Assembly: GCA_964585045.1 (NCBI GenBank)
Contig: CAZPCF010000001.1
Location: 1 to 37,732 of the forward strand
Origin: an uncultured bacterium
Lineage (GTDB): Bacteria; Omnitrophota; Omnitrophia; Omnitrophales; Aquincolibacteriaceae
Reading direction: 5' to 3'
Length of the DNA stretch: 37,732 nucleotides
Position numbers and translations under genes: made by a program. A model generated the notes under the pieces. That model saw only the letters and a list, made by a program, of their open reading frames with translations, was not told the origin of the DNA and did no database searches. Positions within the stretch are counted from its first letter, which is position 1; each line of letters opens with the position of its first letter. Positions 16,117 through 28,100 of the stretch are shown here, piece after piece.

Positions 16117-19100
16117 TTGCAGAAGGCTGATTATGTGTTACCTTTTCTTAAGATTTTAGAAATCAAGTTAGAGCCGAGGCAAATGAGAGCAGACCACAGA
16201 CCACAGACTACAGTCCGAGGACTATCTGCAGGCCATTTTTTGAGGGCTATTTCTCTCTCCACGGCCATTCTTTTTCTTTGCTCCGAAATCCTTACTTTCC
16301 CAGCCCAATCATTTGCTTATCAGTCTACAGACGGAAGATCGCAGACCGCAGGCCAGAATTTTTTGCTACAGTCTCCGGTCTCCGGTCTCCAGGTTGCTTT
16401 TTTCATTCCTCCCGAACTAGGCACGATAAGTGAAGCTTATCGCGGGGAACGGGGAACGGGGAACGAGGAACGAGAGGGTGCAAGCGTTAGCCGTTCCCCG
16501 TTAGCCGTTCCCCGGCACGACCGTACGGTCGTGCTCATCCAAGACGCTCACGCGGTCCCGGATGCCCAGAGATCTCTCATGAAACTCATCGAGCACTTCC
16601 AGTCAAAATACGGGATCCGTCAGGTTGCGCTGGAAGGAGCGGAAGGAAAGCTCGATCCAGAACTTTTTCGTAATTTTCCGGATAAGGAAAAGCTCGCTAA
16701 AGTTTTTAATAGTTATCTTGATTCAGGGGAACTCTCCGGAGCGGCTGTCGCGAGCGTGCTTTTGCCAACGCAGACAGATTACGTGGGCATTGAGGATTGG
16801 GATCTCTATCAGAAGGGGATCACCTCGTTCCTCAGGGGCCTTGAAAAGCAGGCCGATCTCAAATCTCAAATTTCAAATCTCAAAGAGAAACTGCAGGAGC
16901 TCAAAAAAAAGTATTATGCCCCCAAGGCGCTTGAGTTTGATGAGCATTATGAAAACTGGCGTCAAAAACAGGATGATTTTGCCGGGTTTTTAAACTATCT
17001 CGTTGAGACACTTCGATTTGACAGCAAACGTTATTCTTCGCTTGATGCCGTGATCCAAGGGCTTCGCCATGAAAACATCCCTGACAATTCAGCGCTGAAC
17101 CGGGAGATCAGAGCACTCGCTGCAAAGATCCAGCCTAAACTCGTGAACAAAGAGGTCCAAGCGAAATTCAACGAGCTCAAACAATCCCTGCAAACCGGGA
17201 ATGTTGGCAAAGTTGAATTTGCCCGGGGCCTGAAAGAGCTCTTCCCGGGAGACGATCTTGGGATATCCACGGAGTTGCTGGGGCTGATCGAAAACCATGA
17301 GGAGATCCTCCGGCTGCAGGGAGCTGAGTTTGTCAGTGAATTTGAGAAAGCCATCGCAGAGGCCAAAAGCTCGGTGTTTATTTCCGCGGATGAAAAAGAG
17401 ACGAATGCGCTCAGCGAACAGGTCATTATCCTTGAAAAGCTCACAAAGTTTGAATTGTCGAGGAGCGAGTGGAAAACACTTCAAGGGTACGGCGTACGGG
17501 GTACGGCGTACGGCGAACCCGTGGAAAATCCAATAGCCTCTTTCGTGCCCAGCGCTGATATCCCCTCTCTTCAGGCCAAAATTCTCATCCTGTGTCGGTC
17601 ACCCCTTATTGCCGACTTCTTTTCCTTCTATGCGATCGCTCTTCAACGTGAAGCCGTTTTTGTGAAGCATATTGAAAATTTACTCCGTACTCCGTACGCC
17701 GTACACGGTATGGTTGTTGTGGCCGGAGGCTTTCACACCGAAGGTCTCGCTCAGAAATTCAGGGAGCAAGGGATCTCCTACGTAGTGGTCTCGCCTCGGA
17801 TCAATGAGATCCCCAAAGATAGTCGTTATTTTGATTACATGAAGGGGCAGGTCTCATGGCGTGAGTATTTCAAACCCAAGAGCGGCAGGGTCGATCTCTA
17901 CGATGCGTTTGTCCAGGCAATGACGGAGCGCCTTATCTCACCAAGTACTAAGCACCAAATACCAAGTGCTCAGCACACGGTACAGAGGACATTCCGATCT
18001 AAGATCGATTTGAAAGACTGGAGAGATTCGGTTATTCGACGATTGGCCGCCGAAGGCCGCGTCGCAGAGCATTCGAAGTACACCCGTTATATCGACCAAC
18101 AGCTTGCCGGGCAGTCCGAAGAGTTCCAGGCCCTCAAGGAAAAATGGACGGCCAGACTCGAACAATTCATCGGAAAGCTCCAGCTTCTCGGTAAACAGAA
18201 TCAACTTACCGAAGCCAACATCGCGAGGCTCTTTACCGCGACGGCCAATTTTCCTGCTGCCACGGCCTCCCTTGTACCTGGTGCGAGTGTTCCTGTAAAT
18301 TTCGTTGATGATCAACGAGCGCAACGCGCAACGCGCAACGCGCAACGTGAAGAACAAAGGAAAAAATCGCTGAGCGGTGAGCGTAGTGCGTTGCCCGCGA
18401 AAGAGGTCCCCATTCCCAAAGAAGCCGTGCTTGATGAAACATCGGTCGAGCCCGGCCAAAGCTCAGCATCTGTTCGATCTGAGGTGCGGGTGGGTCAAGC
18501 TGAAGGAGCAATGAAGTTTGATGTCTCAGAAGTCCGTGAATTAGTGCTGAACGGCAAAGCGGTCACTCCCGATCAGTTTCACGCGAAAGTAACAGAAATG
18601 TCTCGAGGGGGCTTCATTTTTAATGCTGTTATCAGGGATCATGTATTGCGTTTGGGTGTCGCTCGCAGCAGCGTTGGGGGGCGGCGGATCTACCACGCCG
18701 AGATCAACGACCCTTCGAATCACGATGACGCCATTCTGGGCTTTGTTCCGGAGCCCGGGCCGTATCAAGAAATATCATTAGTCTATAAACGGTTCCGGTA
18801 TCCGGATCAGGAAGAACGGGAAGAACTCCAGGATCAGATGATTCTTTTTGCGAGAGTGTTTATACAGCAGGGGTTCCCTGGAACCACTTTTCTAGGCCGT
18901 GACACTCTGAATATTTTAGAAGGCATCGAGATGAAACTCAATGTCAAACGAGGAGAAGAAACGTTCGCAAAATTGGCGGCCTTACCGTTGTCGTCTGAGA
19001 AAGCGCGTTCCGGTCTGCTTGCAGAACGGGACGGATCCGTCCCGCTTTCACGGGCGGAGGCTCGGCAAAATGATGCTCAGACTGTTCCGGAGATACCCAC

Positions 19101-22100
19101 TACCGTTAATGCCACGCCACAAAATGCTGAGCGGCAGGCTGAACTTGAAAAATATTTGGCCGGCAAAACCCTCATTCATTCCGTTTTTGAAGGCGGGGGC
19201 GCGAAAGGTGTCGCGTATGTCGGGGCTCTCGAGGAACTTGAAAATAAAAAAATGTGGTTTAAGGAAGTGGCCGGTACCTCGGCGGGGGCGATCACCGCGT
19301 CCCTGATCGCGGCCGGCTACGAATATCCTAAGATCAAAGAGATCGTTTTCAACACAGATTTTAATCAATTCAAAGACAAGAGGTGGGGGATTGTCCCGCC
19401 GTGGCTGAACTTCCTGGTGTTTGGCGGGCTCTATCGCGGTCTGGTGTTCGAGAAATGGATCGCCGGTAAAATGAAAGAGAAACTAGGGTTCGAGCCGACG
19501 CTCAAGGATCTTCCGATCCCGCTTACGGTTATCACAAGCGATATTACCAATAAGAACATGCTCATCCTGAACAGGGAGACAGCGCCGGACCTTAAAGTCG
19601 CGGAAGCCGTGCGCATGTCGATGGGAATCCCGTTCTTTTTCGAAGTTTATAAATGGTTCGGGTTCTATAAAAAGTTCCCGCTTGCCGTGCGCCGCACCGT
19701 GGACGGGGGACTTCTCAGCAATTTCCCGCTTTTTATTTATGACAAAGCGGGCAGTAAAGGAGAGCCGGTGGTGGGGTTCATGCTTCAGGAGATCCCGCAC
19801 AAGAAAAAATCCTCCTGGATTACCAAGCTCCTGGCCCTTCTGAAATATCTCCCGCCGTTCCATATTGCGATCGCTGTGATCGATACCGCCCTTGACGGGC
19901 ACGACAACCGCCACATTGAAGATGATGTTTGGGCCAAAATCGTGAATATCCCGGTTGATGTCGGAACTTTGGATTTTGATCTGACGCTTGCTCAAAAAGA
20001 AGAGCTGGCTGCTCGCGGCAAGGAGGCTACCAAGAAGATCATAGGCCTTGCGATGCGAGGCGAAAAAGGCAAAGTCGATACGCCCGCGGAAAGACAGTTC
20101 GCGATCTTCAGATCGAAGGGGGGCCGCATCTTCTTCAAACCGGCCGGCTTTACCTGTGGTGTCCAGCTTGATCTCGTGGATTTTTATCTCGACGGCACTG
20201 GAGAGATCCAGTCGCATATCAAATTTCATCCCGAAAAAAGGATCCTCATCCAACCGAAGAATGTCTGGGAGACAAATCTCAAGAATTTGAGATCTCCTGA
20301 GGGTAAATGGATCGATGCTTCATTGGTCGAGGCTCTTGAGCCGATAACGAAAAACACGGTTTTTAATTTTGATACCCGTTTAAACAGGGATTTTATCCTC
20401 TTTGACCCCAGGACACGGCAGGAGATCGAGGTGATCGCCGTTGGGCCTGGCATCTCGCCGGCAGACAAGGACCAATTTGTTCTTAGCGTGGCATTCCCTC
20501 CGAGTGCGGAGATCATAAGATATAAAAATGATGTCAGGGTTGTGAGACGGGTTCCCGGCGATAGCCGTCCGGGTGTTGTACGGTCTGAAGTGCGGATGAG
20601 TCCGGCTGAACTCGGGGAGGAGTTTAAGAAAAACTTCCCGTTCGACCACGAGCTTATGCTGGCGATGTTCGGTGAAATGGTCGTAGAAGACGCTTTGCTT
20701 AAGGCCTTTTTTGATAAGTTGATCGCATCCGAACGACACCCCGTGTCAGAAGAACGGGCGCGGTACTTGGCATCACTTTTGCGGATCGACCAAGGGTGGG
20801 ACGAAGAACGTACCCTGACCTATCGCGTCAGACGAGGAAAAAAGACCGCCAGCGAAAGCATTCCTTATTCCGGGCTCCAGCAGGATTTTCTAGATTGGGC
20901 TGTGAAAATGAGGATTTCCCGGAGCGAATTCCCGCTTGCTTATGGCTTCTATGTTGAAGGGATCGAGGCGGAAAAGGAAAAGCAGGGGCCCAAAACGGTT
21001 TTTAAAGTAATGGCTGGGAACAAACTGGGGGATGCTATTTTCAAGAAAGTCGTTGAACGCCGGAAAGGACGGCCGAAACAACCTTTGACCTTCTATAAAG
21101 GAGACGTCGCGTCCGATGGCGATCTTCGCTGGCTGAAGACCTTAAAAACCACCAAAGATGTTCCTGCTGTTTTAAGCTCCTCCGGGATCGGCCTCAAGGA
21201 CCTCAGGCTTGGGTTTCATGACCCTGAGTTCCTCATGCAGGAAGATACTTATGACATCTTTCTTTTTACCACGGACCCTGTTTTTATCAATGAGGCCGCC
21301 AGTGTCGTCGAGAGCCGTCTTCCAACGACCACACCTGTCGGATACGCCCAGGTCCAGGTGCTGGATGGGGTTCCCACGGTCAGTGCTTTTCAGCCGCGCT
21401 TCTACCTGCCGCACTCGGTGGATCCCGCCCTGAAAGCGTATGTTGAAGGAAGCATGAAAGCGTTCGGCTTGCTGATCGAGGCCAATATCAAAGATATTCT
21501 GCGATCCAGGAAGCCTGTGACCAAGATCCGCTTTCTTACCCCAGGTTATTTCTTAAACGGACTTAAGGCGCAGGAAAGCACGATCCAGCATTATTATTTC
21601 ACGATACCAAAGTCCCTCGGGTATTCCCTCAAGGCCTTGACCGAACCCATCACGGGCGGTTATCAGCACATTAATTTTGTTTTTGAAAAAGAGGTCGCCT
21701 CTGATGTGTCCGCTTCACATGTCCGGCCAATCCGCTCCGAAACACGCAACACCATAACGGATTTAGCTGTGGTCGCGGAAGGCTTGAGTTTTGCCCTGCC
21801 ACATTATTTCGGGTCAAGCCTTATGGTGATCAGGGGCAACGCGGGACTCCTTGAATTGGCCCCAGACAGCAGGGAAAATATTGCAGCGATCGAAAAAGGT
21901 CTAAGAGATCTTACCGCTAAGCTTAAGATCCTCCGAGGCGAAACGATCACCGTTCTTCAGAACAAGGACGGGAAGAACTATGTCTGGCTTTCGAACGAAG
22001 GATTTTCAAGGAAGATCCTTCGGGGCCGGCGGTCTGTGACGCCGGAAGTCTGGCAGCAGCTCAAAAAGCAGCTTGGCCTTGATACGGTCTTTGCGGAATT

Positions 22101-25100
22101 GGCCGCGACGCTTGAACGGATCGGATCAAAAATAGAAAATCCGGATCTTTCGCCAGAGGACATTTCAACGATCCTGGAATCGTGCACATCTATTTCATCA
22201 TTAGTCCATTTAGCCACCGATAAGGCGAAGCAATTTGTTTCAACCCGGTCGGCACCGATCTTAAATGAGTCGGCACCGCCCAGTGAAGCGCGAGATTCAT
22301 TCTGGGACAAGCCGATTCAACTCCGTCCGAAATACGTGGCTGCCGGCATCGTGGGGATTATCGCTGTCGGGGTGTTGCTGGGGATCAAGTTGTCCGGGAT
22401 AACGTGGAATGAATTGAAATACATGACAACGACGCCTGTGGAGGTAAAACGTTTCATTACTGATGCCGCAAGAGTGGTCCGTGTTACCAAAGTTCGCAAG
22501 GTGGACAACGAGGCGGAATATGTGCCGATGTTCTCTTACCGGATCAAGCCAAGAAGTAAGTCGCTTTATACGGATGGAACCCGTTCCTGTGCCGCTTTGA
22601 TCATTGATGACCCGTCCGGTGGCCGACATTTTCTTGGGCATTTTGGAACGACCCAAAGTCCGGACTCGATCCGGGCGCTTATCACGGACAATTTCCAGGA
22701 ACTTGGCGGGTTGCAGGTCTATGTCTTAGAGGGGAATCAGCCGGGCATGGATCGGACCATTTTTGCTCCCGGCGCCTATGCAACCATCAAGAATATCTAC
22801 GCTACCTTGAAGGATCTCGGCCTGCTTTCCCAGACAAAATATATACCTAAGAACACAAATCCCCATTGGGGGAGCAGGATCTTTGTTCAGGACGGTGAAT
22901 TGTTCTTGCCCAACCATGATGCCGATTACCCGCCGCCCGATGATAGTGACGGTAGTACTAAATGGATCCTTGAATCGGAACCGCGAAGTGAATTACGGCA
23001 AGGGGAGTTTTCGGAACTTCTTTCTCAGATCCAGGAAAAAACAGTCGCGGGGGAAGAGCGGCTGAAAATTGAGAGGGTTGAACAGTGGAGCCGCGCTGTC
23101 CGGGAAGTTGCCGAAGCGAATTTTTATGACAAAACCGCAGAGCCTTTTATCTCGCATTGGGAATGGATCCTTGGCAGACCCGAAATCTGGGAGGTTCTTG
23201 CCGCGAGCGACAGCCTGGATCCATTGCTTGATGGGATAGAAAGCGGTCACTCGCCAAAAGCGATGCGGATGCCTAACCTGATCAAAAGCGCCATCTTTTT
23301 TAGCGTCCTTGGTCTTTCTACGTCGGCTCTTTTCGGCATGGAGGAGAGCTCCACGCTGGTTCGAGGCTTTGCAGTCTTCGCGCTCGTCCAAATTTTGCTC
23401 GTCTATGCCGTCGCAAGTGCGACTAAAGTCCGGCGGGTTCGCACCCAGCGGCAGGAACAATGGTTTCTTGAGACGATCCGGCCCAAGAAAATTCAGATCG
23501 AAAATCGCTTTCATGAGCTCGCGAAATTCTCGTGGGTCGACGACTCTCCCGAGGAACCCATTCTGAGACCCGGTCTCGGAACGGTGTCGGAGGCGCGCAG
23601 CGAGTTAAGGGAAGAGAAGGCGCTTGCGGCGATCCACAAATTTGCCCACGCCGCGAAAGAACAAGTGAAAGAGTTCGCGAAAAAAAGCATTGCGGCCAAG
23701 CAAAGAGTGGAATGGGAATTGCGGCGCCATGGAAAGATCGAGAACAAGGGATGGTTCGCCCAGGCGTTAGGTGACCTTAACGAAAGAGGTAGGGTGTTCG
23801 ACCAGCATGTGGACGAGTTTGTGGCGGACCGTGATGATGTGTTGAGCGTTGTGAACGGCGACCTACTAGCCAGTGTGGTGGAGCCGTTCTCATATGAATA
23901 CCAGGCCATGAAAAAGGAGCTCGGGTTGATTTTGAAGTTCGCCATGGGATCCGAAAAAGACGGTTTGGAGTGGACCTCTTTGGAACACCATCTCAACGAC
24001 TTGAGTTTGGTGCTTTTGGAAATGATGGATACTTTCGAGACCATAGCCATGCTTCCCGAACTGGATCTTCGCGATGGGATCGTGGACATGACGCTCAATC
24101 AGTCCGACCCAGCGTCGCAAGTGAACGAGAAGAAATACAGCGAGCAGCTTAAGCCGGTCTTCCAAAAAAGTTCCCATGTCTACGAGGAAGTCCTGAAACT
24201 CAAAGAAAACGGTGTCCTTTTCGAGATCTTTCCTTTTTTAAGACAGATTGCCGGATTTCAAAAAAGGGACGGATCGATCATTATCGATCATCTCCTTAAT
24301 CTGATCCGCTGCCTTGAGTGGATCGAAAAAGGGGACCGGGCGGCGTTTAATGAGGGAACTCTTGGCTGGGTTGTTGAAGCGCAGGAATTCCAGTTATATC
24401 AAAAGTTGTTCAGCGAAGCGTCCGCCGGAGAAGGGCGCGAGCTCCTCTATCTCGTGGCACTGCTGCACAATATCGGGGAGATCTCCCGTGTTGAGGACTG
24501 GAAAGACCGTGAAAGTTTCCAGGTCAGACAGGCTCTTTTTAAATTTGATCATTCCGAGGCCGGCGGGGCTTATCTCATCCGACCGATCATCCGCAGGAAA
24601 CTTGGTTTTTCTACCCAGGTCATGAAAGACCGGATGAAAATGGTGGAATGGCTCGTTTTTCACCAGTTTGCACTGGGGAATCTTTTCTTCGGTGAGCTTT
24701 CCCCAAGCCATCTTTTGGCCAAAATGGTGGCCATGCCTCCTGGCGTTGATCAGGCGAAGCTTTTCAAAATGCTGACGATCCTTTCCTTTGCCGATCTCCG
24801 GAACACTTACCGAGGCGCATACATTACCAAGTTCAAAACCAATTTCTATGCCGGCATGATGAATTTCGAAACCCTTTGGCTGATCTTACAACGATTGGAT
24901 GAATACCGGCTTCAACGCTTCATAACAGGTCCGGACGGTTCCCCGGACCCCCAAAAGCAGATCGCGCTTGACGAAATATTCTACGGAAAGCTTCCGGCCT
25001 CTTTACAGAACCATTTGAAGCATGTGTTGAGATACGGGGTCCACCGGTTCTATTTTGGCGCTTTTCTTTTCCGGTCCATCAAAGTTGAAACGCTCCTGAA

Positions 25101-28100
25101 GCTTCTTGTAACGATCAGCGCTTTCTTCAAAGCGCCCGGCGTCGAACTCCGGGACGTTGCTTTTACCACTCCGTCAGCCGAGGCGGAGACTGTTGCCGAC
25201 CAACTTGACGCTTTTTTTGACCCCCTATCTTTTCAAGAGATAGGATCTTTCTTCGGAATGGATGTCCACAAGATCCAAGGCGTTCTGGCCGAGCGGGGGC
25301 TTCCGGTGGAGATCCGGGAGGCTACCGAAGAACTGGTGATCGACACCAAAGCATTGCTGCGGTTTTCCACTCGTCCCGATTCAAAAAATCGGGCGGAAAT
25401 GCGGACAAACGAAATTGATCCAAAGACGCTGCCCGAGCGTGAGCGTGTCCGTCTCGTTCTGGAGTACATCAAAAGTAAAGGGCAAGCCGAGGCCGCCCGG
25501 GGAGATCTGCCCGGCGACCTTCTTCAGGAAATTTTTGAAAAATACGACATAAAGCTCAAGTCGACGAAGAAGGGTAAGAGTATCTCCTACGATTTCGTGG
25601 ATGCCTCTGCGAAGCCCAAGTCAAAACCAAGGATACAATCCAGCCCGAAAATTAAGCGAGACGGATCTGCGCTCGTAACAGCTAATGCAGAAATAGACCG
25701 GCAAAAGGCTCTTCTCGAGATCCAAAACTTGAAGCGAGCGGCCGGTCTAGCTATGCAACAGGCTCAAAAGAACCACGATCCGGACCAGTATGCCGTGGCC
25801 GTCGCAAAGCACGATGAAATCGCGGCCAGGTTGTCGGTGTTTGGGGCCCAGATGCAAAGTAAAATCAATTTTCACGTGCAGCAGGCTCGAAGGGCGAAAG
25901 AGCTTCGGGCCGAAGAAGAGGCAAGGCGTTTGATCTCACTGAGCAAGGAGGAACGGCAGGCTCTTGAAGACCAAGCAAGACAGGAAGTGTTGAAAGTTGA
26001 GGGCGAAAGGATCGCGAAAGAAAAGGTCCTTGCCGAAGAGCGCTTCCGGCTGGAACAGGAAAAGAAAAAACTGGAAGACGAACAGATCGCCAGGGAAGAA
26101 GCCTTCCGGAAGCAGCGTGAAGAAGAGGCCAGACAATTACTGGAAGCGGAACGGAAGGAACGCGAGGCGAAGGTCGCAAAGGCGAAGTTTGAGGCGCACA
26201 AATCCGGAGTTATTAAGCTGATCGAAGAAGCTGACGTGCGTCTAACAGCTTTCGATGCTAAGGATTTTACCGGTATTAAGAGCATCCGTGAGATGAAAGA
26301 AATCTCCTCCGCGATAAAAGCTGTGGAAGAATTCAGAGCTAAGTACGGGAAGGACGGGGATCTGGAGGGATACTACGGCATTTTTGGATCTTCCCTTGCG
26401 ACCAAAGAAGCGGATTACACGCAGTGGCGCCAGAATAACGAAAAGCTCCTGGCTATTATCACCCGTAACCCGGCTGTACTTCTCGACCGGATCAGATCGG
26501 CAGAAAAGAAACGTTCGCGCAACGAGCCGCTTGAACCGGTCGAAACCCGAAAGGCCGTCGAAGCTTCATTCAAGGTGATCATGGAGGCGGCCATGGCCGA
26601 TATTGGGTCGCGCGATACTTTTACGGAACAAGACGCCGCGACCATGGGGCTTTTAAAAAAAATCCGAGCTGCGTTGGACGTAAACCAGTCCACATCCCGC
26701 TCGGAGGTACGCCAAAAGAAGGGCTTGGGGAAGGAGCCCCCGGATGTTCTGGGTGTCCGAGAGGCAGATATTATCCCTCTGGACCTGAATGCGGATCAGA
26801 AGACAACATTTGAGACATTTTGGGATTATGAAAACGGTTGGGAAGGAGTAGCCCGTATTGAAGGGGGAGATCCTGCCTGGCTGGATTCGGAGGCAGGAGC
26901 GGAGCTTTACAAAAGGATTTCGCAAAAAACCCGCGTTCTGGCCGCGTATATCCTCTTCCACTTTCCTGACGGCGATAAACTTGTACTGCGCGAGATGGCG
27001 GATGCGAACGGCCGGCCTTTTTTTCAAACGGACGAACGAAAGTTAGCGTTTATCCTGAACGAAATGGCAAAAAATGCCATTGTCCACGGCCATAAACTGA
27101 ATCTGCAACTCCCCGTCTTTCTCCAGTGGAAGTTCGATCTGAAGGAACGCGTCTTCCGGATACGGGTCGTGAACGCCATTGAAAAAGACGACAGCCTGAT
27201 CCAAAAGATCGGCCCGGAAAAGCTCCGGGATATCCTGAAATTAAGCGGGGAGGGTAAGGCCGAAGAGGTCATCTACCACATGACGGGCGGAAATATTCCA
27301 GCTAGGAAGGACGTCGGAAATGCCACAGTCTCGGAGCTCGAGATTCGATTAATTATAAGATCGGAAGCGAGGGGGGAGGGGACCGAAGGAGCGGGGAAAT
27401 TGGATATCTCAACTGAATCTCGCGAAAGGGAAGGATATACATGGGTTAATGGCGATTACGTTCAATACGGTAAAAAGGGCGGTATTTGGATATCTGGAGA
27501 CACGGGAAAAGGTAAGAGTTTTCTCACGATTAAAATGATTGAGAGCGGTTTGCCATTCAAAGTTGTATCGTGTGGGGCATCTTATTTTAAGTCCCATGAA
27601 GAAGGCGGTAAGAGGATAATTCTCGGGTTGAGGGGTGAAATGAGCGCAAACACTCTTTATTCCAGGCTCCTCGGATACAAAAAAGTCACTCTCACGGAAG
27701 AAATGGTCGTCCCTTTGCGTTTCATAGTCACCCTTGATGACACGTACGAAGATTCATACATAAGGAAAGAGTTAAAAGGTGAGGGATCGGCTGAAAAAGC
27801 GGACATCAGGATAATAAACCTGACCGATCTTGATGTCAGTAGGGATTGGGAAGAGGCAGTGCGCAGAATACGCGAGGTGGTAGAGGGTACGTCAAGAAAA
27901 GTAAAATCCGTAAAATTCGTGGATGGTTCAGAAAATGCCAGCTCCCAGCCGCGTGTTGAAACAGCGCAGGCAACAGCGGGCGTGCTTCCGAGAGGCATAT
28001 CCCTACAAATACCTCGATCCGAGGTGAGAAGCCAGAATCAGATCCAGTCAGAGATTGACCGGGTGACGGAGCTGAAGAATGGCGCGCGGATGCGGGCCCG

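Noticed and set aside
16444-16513. The heptad arrays as CRISPR-like or other spacer-repeat arrays.
   Set aside because: The units are only 7 nt and directly abutting, with no spacers, and they lie inside a coding frame. They are not CRISPR.
18478-18492. SD-like GAGGTG inside several RSEVR-encoding copies, sometimes followed by GTG or ATG (18490, 20596). This could indicate internal translation initiation instead of a protein-level motif.
   Set aside because: Many copies lack the GAGG core (gaa gtt, gaa aca, gaa tta, gaa gcg), and most are not followed by a start codon. What is conserved is the amino-acid sequence, not the RNA sequence.
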